From positions 88,412,001-88,476,000 of the forward strand of contig CM060731.1 in NCBI GenBank assembly GCA_030704615.1: 64,000 nt of DNA, written 5' to 3'. The DNA is from Takakia lepidozioides (Eukaryota > Plantae > Bryophyta). Positions 49,401 through 61,582 of this stretch are shown here, one piece after another. Every line of letters starts with the position of its first letter. Position 1 is the first letter of the stretch. Both the position numbers and the translations under genes were made by a program. The notes under the pieces are model-generated. The model did no database searches. It was not told where the DNA came from and worked only from the letters and a program-made list of their open reading frames with translations.

Positions 49401-50346
49401 GGCAACTGACAAGCTGTAGAGAATGCACAGCCACTATGCTCTCCTCGAACTTAAGTATCTTCGGTGTGGTTTTTATCACTTGGCAAAGTCCGTGGGGATC
49501 CTTTGTTGATACTGAGGAAATGATTGTGGTGTTCCCATGCAGTTGAGCTTCGTTGACCTGGCAGGCTCCGAGAGGGTGAAGAAGTCAGGATCAAGTGGGG
49601 AGCAGTTGAAGGAGGCCCAAAGCATAAACAAATCGTTGTCAGCACTGGGGGATGTCATCAGTGCTCTGGCGACAGAGGAACAGCACATTCCCTACCGGAA
49701 CCACAAGCTGACCATGCTTATGAGTGACTCTCTTGGTGGCAATGCCAAGACCCTCATGTTTGTCAACATCTCCCCAGCAGACTCAAACCTTGATGAGACC
49801 CATAACTCCCTCTGGTTTGCCTCCGCCACTTTCCTCCAGCCAACACTCCCTTAGGTGTATATAGAGACCCTAGGAAGCAGCCGTAGACCTGTCTCCGCAT
49901 GACATGAACCATCAGACACCCACTTGCTTACTTGTTGGATGATATCTAGTGTCATAACTCTTTGGAGGTGGTGTGTTTTTGCATCTATTAGAGGAAAACA
50001 TTTTGGACTCTTGACTGCTGTTCTTTGTTCAGTGCCTTTCTAGGGAGCTTAAGAGTCTTCCTTTATTTGTACATTTGGATGCTCATTTGTGTAGATGTCT
50101 GATTAATGAGAGACATTATGATATGCAAAGAGAAGGGAGGATTATATAATGTTGCTTGTGTGGAGTTGCAGCTATGCAACACGGGTAAGATCAATTATCA
50201 ATGAGGCTAGCAAGAACATGTCAACAAAAGAGATTGTGCGGCTAAAGAAGCTGATAACTTTCTGGAAGGAACAAGCTGGTAAATCTGGAGGGACAGAAGA
50301 CCTTGAAGAGGTGACCGAGGAACGTGCTGCAAAATTCACAGACTAA
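34422..50346 (+). CDS. KCBP: Kinesin-like calmodulin-binding protein (kinesin-14; MyTH4-FERM-coiled coil-motor-CaM-binding helix)
   Basis: 25 phase-compatible coding exons: 34422-34561, 34803-34873, 35991-36013, 36796-36927, 37074-37142, 37712-37881, 38424-38751, 39099-39198, 39710-39891, 40232-40347, 40679-40781, 42147-42299, 42735-42881, 43365-43577, 44357-44521, 44780-44986, 45379-45516, 45977-46171, 46450-46576, 47219-47421, 47614-47796, 48235-48333, 48919-49116, 49543-49814, 50172-50346. Motifs: [18 protein letters not shown] (MyTH4), LPYGNSVFF (FERM), [48 protein letters not shown]. Exons 2-3 are less certain. Confidence 0.96.
35293..35797 (+). mobile_element. Two tandem 5'-truncated LINE copies (35293-35364 and 35378-35797) in KCBP intron 2
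   Basis: C-terminal zinc finger [19 protein letters not shown]; both copies end ...GAGTACAA; TCTCTTCCCACCT occurs at 35280, 35365 and 35798. Confidence 0.8.
41133..41923 (-). mobile_element. 5'-truncated LINE of the same family in KCBP intron 11
   Basis: Minus strand reads [19 protein letters not shown]...[18 protein letters not shown]...; same 3' end as the 35.3-kb copies; 9-bp TSD ATAGAAGAA at 41124-41132 and 41924-41932. Confidence 0.8.
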
Positions 50347-50799
50347 TGATACTGGTGCACTGATTTAACCTTGCGTTGAATGCATGTGTAGAGACATAAG
50401 GCTTGGAATGGGGCATCGAGGTGAAGTTGAGGGGGTGTGAATACTGCCCAATGCCCATGGATTTTTCCTTATGTCAGGGTAGCTAGCTGGCTAGCTAATT
50501 GATAGCAAGAGTATAGGGTGAGAAATTAATTCCTTATTAAAGGTTGGCTCTCCTCTCCAATTTTAAGGAGAGCAGTCTGAAACTAGAGTACGCCGTATCA
50601 AAGGTTTGAGCGCAATTCCCATCTTCGTCTGTCGGTTCACTGGTCCCTATCTCCTGGAGATTTTCCCTCTTTCTCCTTTCCTCCAGTGCTTGTATTATCC
50701 TTAGCATGTGGTAACAGCATCTGCATCTTATGTAGTAATATCGTTGATACATTTATGACCCAACAGCTCTCTTTGCAGGGGTTACAGTCCCAATGTTGT

Positions 50800-52773
50800 G
50801 CAGACGCAATTTTATATTAGCATTGTTAGGAGGGTGTCTTATGAAATTGAATATTACATTGATTTATCTTTCCAAAACAAGAAAAAGAGCACCTTAACAT
50901 GAGCCTCCTTATGGTGAGATTGATTTGGTACTGTTGTCCCCTTTCATCCACAAGGATGAACCGTTGAAACTCATCCCTACCTAGTAGATGCACAGGCACC
51001 CCAAATCTTGGTAGAGTCCACCCTTCCATGTTCCATTTGGGATATTATAACAAAATAAAGTGGTCCATTTTGCAGAAAATGGACCTCAATTTCAAGTTTG
51101 TCCAAGCCATAGGCCAATGCCACAAAATGAATGCCCTCCATATTCCGTTGCAAAGTATCATCTCGTAGTCTCTGTCCATATTTTAGGTCAAACCTCCAAG
51201 AATTGGTTGCTTTGTATGCGAATGGGGAGGGGCTAAGAATTGATAATTTGAAAAACAGATGGTAGAGGTCCCAAGGTGACTTCAAATTTTGGGCCACATT
51301 GAACATGCAACGGTCAGTGTATGCATTGCCAACATTCAAAGTACACTGCCCAAAAACTACACAAACTGGAGCAAAATTGCATGTAGGATAGAGGTTTCCA
51401 TGATTTTCCCCAGCCAACTCCAAGTCAGGCAAATGCTTGCCGCAGCATGTAGAGGACTTTGCAGGCTACATCTTTCATTCAGACAACGCCTTCATCCAAC
51501 TTCATCCGACGAAGCAACATCTGGATGAAAAAACGAGGCGACGCCTAGTCGTTTAGGGGTTAAGACCAAATGTCTAGAGAAGATATCGGGCGCACCTGCA
51601 CTTGGTCATCCCATTTGTCAGATCCACCATGATTCTGAGTCAATGCACAATGTTTCCATAATGGTCAGGTCTGTAGGCAATCTACTGATGCTGATATCTA
51701 ACAGGTCACTCTCTCTTACCCACATCTTGAGCAGACCTACGCTTTGATCCAACGTTGAACAATGCGATGGTCTATTTTGTTCTAGAAACTCCTGATTGAG
51801 TGTCACCTCTTGGGAAGACTAAAATTATAATCAATGCGGATGGGTCAGAAAAACAACAGTCAGACCCAGCCCCTGACTACTCCATACAGATTTTCCATTT
51901 CTTTCAAGGATTGCATCATCGCGTTCTGTTGTCTGCGCAAAACAGCCCAGTGTTGGCCATCTTCACAGATTCTACCTCGCTCCTCTACTGCGAGATACTT
52001 TGTAAATGATGCCCTTCTGTCCAACCTACTGCTCATATTTCTCTGTGTCACACTCAAGCTCTCCGTGTATCTAATTGAATCCCACTTCCGTGCTATGTTG
52101 ATGTCGAGGAGAGGCCACCATGCTTGAGGCAGCGAGTTGTAGTATTGTCTTTAGAGTCGTCTCTTGGTGAGATCCTCCAGCAATATTGGCATATTTTCCT
52201 GCATTTGTTGATCAAAAAAGACATCGATCCTGAATCATCCTTGGCGCTGAAGACTATTCGTTGATTTCTAGATCATACCTCCATACCATGTAGCCTCTAG
52301 AGCGCTGTCCACAAACCAAAAGTTGCGTTCCTGTAACTCTTGGAACATGTCGTTGTAGCAACTCCCCAACGTCTTATTGAAGAATTAGCCGTCATCCCGT
52401 CTAGCTTGCTTGATAGCTATTCCGGCTCCAGAATTCCCTTTTCTTTATGATCTTTACTATGATTTAGTATTGCACCCAGTAAAATATATACTAATGTACA
52501 GAAAATACGTTATTTTGAATTATGATCCGAAAAATTGATCGACACTCTTCCTCTCTCACATAAGTGTGAAGAATGAAACAAGGAGAATTCCCTCCTTGCG
52601 TGATGAGACCTCTTTGCAACTTGGCAGATCAAAGGCAATCAGGCAATGAATCTTGGTGTGTGCCCAAGAACACTATGTTTTTTTCACGCAATTCCATGGA
52701 GAATCTAAAAAGTTATTCAAAAAATTTCTAAACCCAAAGCCCAAAACGGGCGTGGTGGGCGTTTAAGGGTTAA
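50800..52773 (-). mobile_element. Possible decayed piggyBac-like transposon
   Basis: Minus-strand TTAA-CCC(T/C)TAAACG end motifs at ~52773 and ~51564. Fragments SPWDLYHLFF...AYKATNS...LAYGL...WTLPRFG...GRDEFQ resemble the N-terminal half of piggyBac transposases. No matching opposite TIR found. Confidence 0.4.
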
Positions 52774-55035
52774 AAAACAATTCAATGCCCACCAAAGCTG
52801 CCCAAAATCAGCAAGTGGATACATCCTACGTTATTTAAAACCACTTCTTTTTTGACATAACCAAAAGCCAGGGCATTACCTGGTATAGCTATACCATTGT
52901 CCCTCTGGCATTTATGAGTATGAAGAGTTCCAAACCTAGATGAGGTACCTACCAGGCTGGCATAACGGATTAGTACCCAAGTTATTACTAGGTTAAGAAC
53001 TTGGCTATACTATGTTGGTAACTGTTGATTTTGCCTAGGTATTGAGATTTTGACCCATTGTATTTAGGACCCAGTGGTATCAACAGATTTTTTTCTCTGA
53101 GATAATTATAACCTACTGGTTTCGAAAATATAGATACTTGCCGCCAATTCTAGCCATCAGCAGGTATACATTTAAGCTTCCTACAAACCAAATTAAATTT
53201 TCCTCGCTTTATCTCTTAATATGAATTAAAGGGCCTTCCTCCCATTTTTATTTATAAATAAATTTTTAAAAAAATGAATAAACACTATGAACATATCATC
53301 CTGAAGAATGCAATTTGACCATATAAATATTGCTTGAATGTCTGAAGCTTTTCAATGACCTCAAAATTATCGTTGAGATAACAAATCTGTAATTGCATCT
53401 TCAGAGGTAAGAAGTAAATAGACATGAAGTACAAATCAACTAGCTTCACAAGATGCCATTCTGCACACCAATAGTCACTTTGTTCAGCTAAAGTCAATGC
53501 ACCTATCATAGTGAGAGATTCAACGATGCTAGACTGTTGCTTGTACGTCTCACCAATTGGCAACTGCCCAACTTCTATTTTGCCTCCTGGCTATCTGGTG
53601 GCCAAAGCAGCATACCACCATACATTGATAAAGCCCCTTGTGACATGATATTTTCAAATAATTTTGTATATTTATAAATATTTTATAAAGTTTTTATTCC
53701 CTTCCCTTCCCTCTCCACCTTTTGTCTGTTCCAATCATTTTATGATGTATATTTCGGAAACTTTTGCTATATTCTTTCTTCAATAATAAAAACTTGGTGA
53801 ATTTTTTTCCCTCGCCCCTTCTAATAGCAATTTTATCAGTTCTGATATACGCTATGTTAAAATCATAAATCGTATAACTCTTCTATTCTATCTCTCTCCT
53901 CCATTCAGCACTCAGTCACCATTTGTCACTGGTTGTGCAGAGCATCGCGAAGCCCTAGTTTATTAGGCAAAGCGGGGATCACCAAGAGAGAGAGAATTTT
54001 TTGTGAATCAATGGATTTACAAGTTTGAGACAACCGGCGCATCTTCTATATTCATTCGATCAAAAAAGCTTGCACATGGTACATTAGAGAGTGAGAATGT
54101 TACATATTCTAGTTTCAAATTAGGGGTTGCTTTACTAATGACTAGAACTAGAAATATGGTGAATAGAAAAGTTGCTTTAAAAGACTCCTCAAAAAATGAA
54201 CCATGGTGGTACACATCAGGTGATGAGGATGATGAATATGACTTCTGATTATACTTGATTTACTTTAAAGTATTTCATACAAATGACAAACTATCTATAT
54301 GAATGAAGACATCATTCTTATGGATGAATTACATTTGAGTATTATTTTGAATGGTTAGTGCATAAGCAATGGTTTTAACTTTATAAACAAATAACCTATA
54401 TCATGTTATTTTATTGATTTAAAAAATATATATATCCAAAAAGACAGCTAATAGTTTTGGACGGTCAATCTTTTGGGCATATTACCTGTTAGTTCAAGTT
54501 CATGCCTAGTATGTGAGATGTAGCCAGACTACTCCTTTGATAGGCCCCTGGCTATACCTGATATTTGAGGTATAGCCGGGCTGTCATGGCAGCGCCGTAG
54601 TAGGCTGGGGTAGTGATTGGTGACTAGCGAGTGGTGAAGGCCCCAGCCGCACCAGCCTGCTATCGCCTGCTACGCGGGGCCTAACTACTGCTACATGAAA
54701 AATCACGGCCGCACTGACCTGTTTGAAATATTTTAGCGATAACTATTGTTATCTATCCTAAAACTTTCCTTCCTAGTTTAGAGGGAATTTAGCACTACCC
54801 CCCCCCCCCCCCCCCCAGTGCTAAATCTAAACAGCGCGTCGTTTTTGGGCAGCTGCCCGTACCATTCTTCGCCATTCGCCATTCACATTCGCCATTTGCT
54901 TATCCTTCGTTCTCCCTTCTCTTCGCGTTCCTCTTGCTCAGGTTCCTCGCAGACATAGAAACAGCCCACGCTTATCAACTCTGTCGATTCTGCTGTTTCT
55001 TGCTGTGCTGTTGCTTGCTCTAATTCCTCTTCGCG

Positions 55036-55570
55036 TTCCTCTCCTGCATTGCATCATGTCCACCACCACGACGACATCGGATAGGTCGGAGAGTGCAGCT
55101 GATGCGGTGGATTCGCATGGGGAAGTACCTGCGACGCAGACTCATGTTGGGAGGCGACCTGGAAAGAGACCACTACAGACTAATTGGTCTGAAAGGGAAA
55201 TGCACTGGCTTGCAGTTGCGAAGAAAGAGGAATGGGAAACATGGAAGGAATCTACTGCTCGGGGAATATGGTCGTGGACAGGGTGAAGTGGGAAAAGGTG
55301 GTTTGGTTCATGGAGAGCCACGGGGTGAGGGACCGTGATGTGGTCAGCTGCACCAACAAATGGAATATGCTAGCAAAATTGTACAGAGATATCTGAGGAC
55401 ATCAGCTCCACGCGACAGGCAATCAGGATTACTGGGGCATGGATGGCAAGGAGCGAGTAGCTCTAGGCCTTCCAAAGGCATTCAGCAAGGACCTTTACAA
55501 CGACATGGACTTTTTGGCGGAGCGAGCATGCAATGCTCCGCGAGCCACTTCGAGCAGCATGCACATGCAT
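55036..55570 (+). pseudogene. Myb/SANT (trihelix-like) DNA-binding ORF, probably the Harbinger accessory gene
   Basis: NWSEREMHWLAVAK...[fs]KWEKVVWFMESHGVRDRDVVSCTNKWNMLAKLYRDI*...DYWGMDGKERVALGLPKAFSKDLYNDM; convergent with a Harbinger transposase relic. Confidence 0.72.
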
Positions 55571-57396
55571 GTAAGCTTTTGCAGATAATCCTCTTTTATA
55601 TGGTTACACTCATGCTAAACAGTCAGGAATTTTGAAGTATGCAAACCCCGGTTGCTTGCAATGAGGTAGAATTTTGAGTTGGTTCTTAGTTTGCAAGTTG
55701 AGGTCAAAATTTGTCTGAACTACAACCAAGCAGAGTACCAGTTCCTCGGACAAAAGGAAACAATGATTTGGTGTCGTCAAGGTGAGGTCTCTAGGGCACA
55801 AGATGGCCCAGCAAAGGTTCTGGACACTTGGAACAACAATAGCTTGCAGAATTTCCAGCAAGGGCCAAGACCAAAGGGGTGGGGCGCGGCCATTACAATT
55901 AGTCAAACCTTCTGAAAGTAAGGGACTTGCCCCACTAAAGAACATAGTGCTGCTCAGTACCGAGCTTCGTGTTCCTATACCAATCTACCAAACTCCAGGA
56001 AGACATGGTGAGAACTGTGTTATATATGAACAGCTTGCAGTTCCACAAAGAGAATAACATGGATGTACCTACCTCCACACAAAGAGGTGGACATTGGAGT
56101 ACGGGACAAAGCTGATGCCAGCTACATTTGCCTGACATTAAATTTGTACAAGCCCCAAGTTCTTTCAATCAAAAAAAAAGTTTGGGCAAATTAAAGCTAT
56201 CCACTGAGCAGGTACTGAGTGAAGACATTGACCAACATATGGATTTTCCTGGTGCACCCGATGGCCCTACAACATAGTACAAATCAATCAAGTCCATAAC
56301 ATACTAACAAAGGTCCACAATGGTAAGTCTTCCCCAAAAGCTTCCCTCTACACCATGTCACAATGGAGACCACATTGCTGTTGCAATCGGACAAATAAAA
56401 TCTCAATAGAGATCACTCAAAATTCAGCAATTAAGTGAGGCCTGCAAGTCAACAAACAACATGCATTGATTACAAGGTACCAATGCTAGGATATACAATG
56501 GAAGAAAAGGCAGAGCAAAGGTACTTACAAGTAGACGGATACCCATTTCCTGATCCATACTGATACCCCTCTCTTCTAGACTGATATGTATATCTTCGAG
56601 ACCCCTCCTTTCCAAACTGAAACCCATCTCTTCCAGACCCCTCCCTTCTAGTCTTTAATTCCATATCTCTCAATTAGACATTGTCAATCTAAACCTAAAC
56701 CCTAAAAGCTGTGTCACTCTCCTTCTCTGCTTGTCTAATTTCACTAAAGGTCTATGGTAAAGGCTACAGCAAACACAATTATTCGGTGATGAGAGCGCCC
56801 AACCACTGGTTTACCTGCTAATGATTCTCTTTTTTACATATTACAAGGCACATTGCAAAGGTAAAAATGAGCAACATCTGGCGAGTCTCGATTTACAAGC
56901 AAGACCAAAGGATGTCTGCCAGAAGATTGATAGTGACTTACTGAATATGTGTGACCTTCTGTTGAGAGGGAGAAGAGCAAGGAAGCACCGTGCCCAGGTC
57001 CTTTCCATTGACTGGATACAAATGGATTGTAAGACAGACCTTAGAAAAGCCAAGATCTTACAACCAGAATCTCTTGTTACTATTCGGATTGTTGTTTCAC
57101 CCAAATGCGAAGTATCCAAGGACTGCAAATGCCAGGTACAAGAGCAGGATACAAGTCATGTAGCCCCCAAGACAATCCCAAACTTTGGATCTATTCCCCA
57201 TGCATGATTCAAGAGGAAGAACAAGACTGATGCCTTCAAACGCATAGATGGACACTCCAATTGCAAATGGCAGGGTCTTTAGCCCTATGAAAGAAAAAGT
57301 ACAGAAGTAGTGAATTCTGCTTCACTTGCTATAAGAAACAATGTCAACAAGACCTGATGGAATGAAGATAGTTTAGCAGCTTAACATTGACCTCAC

Positions 57397-57997
57397 TATA
57401 CGTGCAAAATATGGCTACATAAAATATCCCGTGGCTCAGCACCCACATTTTGGACCCGATCGGTAGCTGGTTCTCGATCTTGGGCCAAATGATCCCGTTC
57501 CCTAACTGCTCCAAGTGCATCCATCTCGTTGAACACATCGTCAAAGTCCACTTCTTTGAAGTCCACCAGAATGTTGTAAAGAATACAACATGCATGAACA
57601 GCCTGTGGCAGGAACTCAATATGAAGGCCACTTCTCTAGCCCACTTCATTGAAAGTACATTTGAGCCGCCCAAATGCAATTTCACTATAAATCCTCGCCT
57701 TTGACAACTGATGGTTGAACACAGTTTTGGCTCTAGAGAGAGCCGGAGCATTAGCAGCTCTTTTGTAGATTAGCCAAGGAAGGCAAGGATATACAACATC
57801 ACCAAGAAGAATAAGAGGGATCGTATGCCCATTGTCCAAAATGACGCTTTCTCCCGCAATATCCTCCCCTGAGATGCTTGATAGAAGAGGGGGGAATTGC
57901 GCAACACTCTAGAGTCATTCATACTTCTTGGCTCCCCAACGTAGATATCTATGAATTTAGCATCTGGATCTACAACCCCTTGCAACACCATAGAATA
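57397..57997 (-). pseudogene. PIF/Harbinger DDE transposase, C-terminal half
   Basis: YSMVLQGVVDPDAKFIDIYVGEPRSMNDSRVLRNSPL...LLGDVVYP...FNHQLSKARIYSEIAFGRLK...ACCILYN, with a frameshift and a stop. Confidence 0.88.
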
Positions 57998-58154
57998 GAT
58001 ACACGAGATACAAATTACCACAAAGAAATCTAGTAGATCACCTGCTACAAGAAGACCTCGAGGAGTCAGAGAGTATGACTGGAAAGGAGGACTGGATGAG
58101 GAGCAGGAAGCTACCCTATTTGCTGCACACCCAGAGTGGGAGCAGGTTGCAGAG

Positions 58155-61100
58155 ATGCGGCTGGAAAGCCTAAGTTGTTTGAGAGGTATCTGCTGTGGTG
58201 TAGTGACAGCAACACCAACTGAAGAGGAAACCAACATTTACCCATCACATTTCTATGAAGAAAGAGAAGGAGAAATAGAAATCCTAGAAGAACCAGCCAC
58301 TGTGAGCTTACAGGATGAAGTGGTGACTGGTTGGACAATCACAGCTGATGAGCAGGTGAGGGAAGTAAATGTGGGAACTAAAGAGGAACCGAGGATGGTG
58401 AAAGTAGGAGCTGATTTGGAGCCGGAATTCTTTGAAGAAGCTAAAAGCTTGTTCATCAAATACAGAGATGTATTTGCTTGGAGCTATGAGGATCTAAAAG
58501 GGATACCACCTGAAGTCTGTCAGCATAAGATTGAACTGGAACCAGGGTCAGTACCAATCAAGCAGGCGAGGTATAGAATGAATCCCAACTACGCACAGAA
58601 GGTTGGAGAAGAGATAAAGAAGTTGGCTGAGGCTAAGTTTATATACCCAATAGAGTATACAACTTGGTTGTCACCCATTGTTATAGTTCCCAAGAAGAAT
58701 GGCAAACTAAGAGTATGTGTGAACTATAAGAAGCTGAATGCTTGTACGAAGAAAGATCCTTTCCCTTTGCCATTCACAGAAGCAGTATTAGACACTGTGG
58801 CAGGCCATGAGATGTACTCATTCATGGATGGCTTCAGTGGTTATAATCAAGTGCAAGTGGCAGAAGAAGACCAAGGGAAAACAGCTTTCATCACAGACTG
58901 GGGGGCTTATGCATACAAAGTCATGCCCTTTGGACTTTGTAATGCACCAGCGACCTTTCAGAGAGTGATAAGTGAATCTTTTCATGAGTATCTGGATGAT
59001 TTCATGCAGGTATTCTTGGATGATTTCAGTGTGTACAGCTCTAAGAGTGAGCACTTGCATAAATTGGAGTTATGTTTGGCCAAATGCAGGATGAGAGGTC
59101 TGGGCCTGAATCCAGAGAAGTGTACTTTCTGTGTGAACTCAGGGGTGCTGCTGGGACACATTGTGTGTAAGAAGGGACTCCTTGTGGATCCCAGAAAGAC
59201 AGAGTCCATTAAAGCCTCTCCACCACCGGTGAATGTTAAAAGTCTACGGAGATTCCTTGGGCAAACCAGTTATTACAGGAGATTTGTCAAAAGGTATGCA
59301 CAAACAGCAGCACCATTGAGCAAACTACTGAAGAAAGATGCAGTGTTTGTCTGGACAGCTGAATGTCAACAGGCATTTGAGGAACTTACACTGTCAGTAA
59401 CAACTACACATGTGCTGATTAACCCTCACTGGCATGTAGTATTCCATGTTCACTGCGATGCATCAGGAGAAGCGTTGGGAGCGGTGTTAGCCCATAATGT
59501 TACAGGGAATATAGATTCACCTGTGTACTATGCTAGCCGGTTGATGAACAGTGCTGAGAGGAACTATAGCACAACGGAAAGAGAAGCATTGGCAATGATC
59601 TATGCAGTGAAGAAATTCAGGCATTACCTGTTGGGCAAGAAGTTTATGTTCTATGTGGATCACCAGGTTCTGATATATCTGGTAAACAAACCTCTGATAA
59701 GCGGAAGAATAGCAAGATGGTTGATAATCTTGCACGAGTTTGAGTTCGAGGTTGTTTACAAGCCTGGGAGACTGCATCTTGTGGCGGATCATTTGTCACG
59801 ATTGTCAACAGGAGAACTAGCCACAGGAATAGATGATCAATTACCAGATGCGAGTCTCTTTGCAGTGGAGGTGCAGGGAAGTGCAGATGACTGGTTAGAT
59901 TGGCAGTGGCCAATCAGATACTACCTTGCCCATGGTCAGTGCCCACCTAGTTATGGTAAGGAGCAGAGGAAGAGAATCGCTATCAAAGCTTTACCTTATA
60001 CTATGGTAGGAAGCAGAATGTATAAGTTAGGACCTGATGGAGTACTAAAACGATGCTTGTACCACCATGAAGTAAATAAAGTTTTGGCAGAAGTTCATAA
60101 AGGAGTGGCTGGAGGTCATTTTGGAGAAGAGACTACCAGTAGAAAGATACTACTCGCAGGATACTGGTGGCCTACTTTGTTCAAAGATGTACACGAGTAT
60201 TATCAGAAGTGTGATGAATGTCAGAGGCTAGGACCTTTGCAGAGATCTGGAAGGATGGCCTTGCATCCTACAATGCCTACGGAACCATTTCAGAAATGGG
60301 GACTAGACTTTGTTGGACCAATTAACCCACCATCCAAGAATACACGAAACAGGTACATAATTACAGCCACTGATTATACTACAAAGTGGGTGGAAGCTAA
60401 AGCTTTGAGGGACAACACAGCCAAGTCCACAGCAAGGTTCCTGTACGAGAACATACTTACACGATTTGGCTGTCCCTTAGAATTTATCAGTGATCAAGGA
60501 AGTCACTTCATGAATGAGACCATTGAGTTGTTGACTAAAGAGTTTATGATTGTGCATAGAAAGAGTACAACATATTACCCACAGGGTAATGGGCAGGCAG
60601 AGGCTACCAACAAAATACTATGTACTATCTTGGCTAAGATAGTCAATGCAAACAGAACGGATTGGGATACAAAGCTGCTGACAGCTTTGTGGTCATACAG
60701 GACTTCATATAAAGTCACCACTAAGTATACACCATTCCAATTAGTTTATGGTATGGAAGCCTTACTTCCAGTGGAATTCCTGTTACCTACCATGAGAACG
60801 GACTGGGGAAAAAGAATGGAATTGCAAGACTCCATCAAGGTCAGGAAACATGAATTATACCATGTGGAAGAAGTACATGCTGATGCAGCTGATAATATGA
60901 CCAGAATTCAGATGAAGCGAAAGGAACAGTTTGATGAAGACAAGTTAAAGACTTTTAAGACGGGGGATTTGGTTCTATGGTTGCAGAAGAAAGGAAAGAT
61001 TCAAGCTTCTAAGCTTAAATCACCATGGAAAGGACCGATGTATGATAACAACACCGCCATGTTACAAACCATTAACAAAGAAATGCTGGGAAGAGTCAAT

Positions 61101-61517
61101 GCAAATAAGTTGAAGGGGTACAGTGGTATCCATGACAAACCCTTGCAGCATGATTTGCATGTTGAACCGCAAGAGCAGTCACGGGCTGCACCAATGTTAC
61201 GAACGGAGTATGGAGCACTTGTCGCTAGGCCGAGCATATATGACCAGGGAGGGCAAAACAAACGTGACACAGCCTATCACAGCCCAACAAGGCAAAACAC
61301 AGCCTATCACAGCCCAACAAGGCAAAGCACAGCCTATCACAGCCCATCAAGGCAAAGCACAGCCTATCACAGCCCATCAAGGCAAAGCACAGCCTATCAC
61401 AACGTGACACAGCCTATCACAGCCCATCACGGCGCAACACAGCCTATCACAACCTACCACGGCGTGTCACAGCCTATCACAGCTTACCACAGTGCATCAC
61501 AGCCTATCACAGCGTAA
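58155..61517 (+). CDS. Non-chromoviral Gypsy pol (RT-RNase H-integrase); no gag, protease or LTR present 5' of it
   Basis: 1120-aa frame: FMDGFSGYNQ, MPFGLCNAPATFQR, VFLDDFSV, HCDASG, HHCC, WGLDFVGP, SDQGSHF, NGQAEATNK. Confidence 0.93.
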   Translation: MRLESLSCLRGICCGVVTATPTEEETNIYPSHFYEEREGEIEILEEPATVSLQDEVVTGWTITADEQVREVNVGTKEEPRMVKVGADLEPEFFEEAKSLFIKYRDVFAWSYEDLKGIPPEVCQHKIELEPGSVPIKQARYRMNPNYAQKVGEEIKKLAEAKFIYPIEYTTWLSPIVIVPKKNGKLRVCVNYKKLNACTKKDPFPLPFTEAVLDTVAGHEMYSFMDGFSGYNQVQVAEEDQGKTAFITDWGAYAYKVMPFGLCNAPATFQRVISESFHEYLDDFMQVFLDDFSVYSSKSEHLHKLELCLAKCRMRGLGLNPEKCTFCVNSGVLLGHIVCKKGLLVDPRKTESIKASPPPVNVKSLRRFLGQTSYYRRFVKRYAQTAAPLSKLLKKDAVFVWTAECQQAFEELTLSVTTTHVLINPHWHVVFHVHCDASGEALGAVLAHNVTGNIDSPVYYASRLMNSAERNYSTTEREALAMIYAVKKFRHYLLGKKFMFYVDHQVLIYLVNKPLISGRIARWLIILHEFEFEVVYKPGRLHLVADHLSRLSTGELATGIDDQLPDASLFAVEVQGSADDWLDWQWPIRYYLAHGQCPPSYGKEQRKRIAIKALPYTMVGSRMYKLGPDGVLKRCLYHHEVNKVLAEVHKGVAGGHFGEETTSRKILLAGYWWPTLFKDVHEYYQKCDECQRLGPLQRSGRMALHPTMPTEPFQKWGLDFVGPINPPSKNTRNRYIITATDYTTKWVEAKALRDNTAKSTARFLYENILTRFGCPLEFISDQGSHFMNETIELLTKEFMIVHRKSTTYYPQGNGQAEATNKILCTILAKIVNANRTDWDTKLLTALWSYRTSYKVTTKYTPFQLVYGMEALLPVEFLLPTMRTDWGKRMELQDSIKVRKHELYHVEEVHADAADNMTRIQMKRKEQFDEDKLKTFKTGDLVLWLQKKGKIQASKLKSPWKGPMYDNNTAMLQTINKEMLGRVNANKLKGYSGIHDKPLQHDLHVEPQEQSRAAPMLRTEYGALVARPSIYDQGGQNKRDTAYHSPTRQNTAYHSPTRQSTAYHSPSRQSTAYHSPSRQSTAYHNVTQPITAHHGATQPITTYHGVSQPITAYHSASQPITA

Positions 61518-61555
61518 CACAGTATGACACAGCCTGTCACAGCTCAACACAGCCT
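61266..61555 (+). repeat. 30-bp minisatellite (core ACAGCCTATCAC) at the end of pol
   Basis: About 10 units, e.g. CACAGCCTATCACAGCCCAACAAGGCAAAA. Confidence 0.9.
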
Positions 61556-61582
61556 ACTAAAGTTACACGATCCATAGAATCA

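Noticed and set aside
53285-54248. Short protein-like fragments (53285-53563 minus; 54003-54248 plus, faintly like a hAT C-terminus)
   Set aside because: Too short and degenerate to assign without a search.
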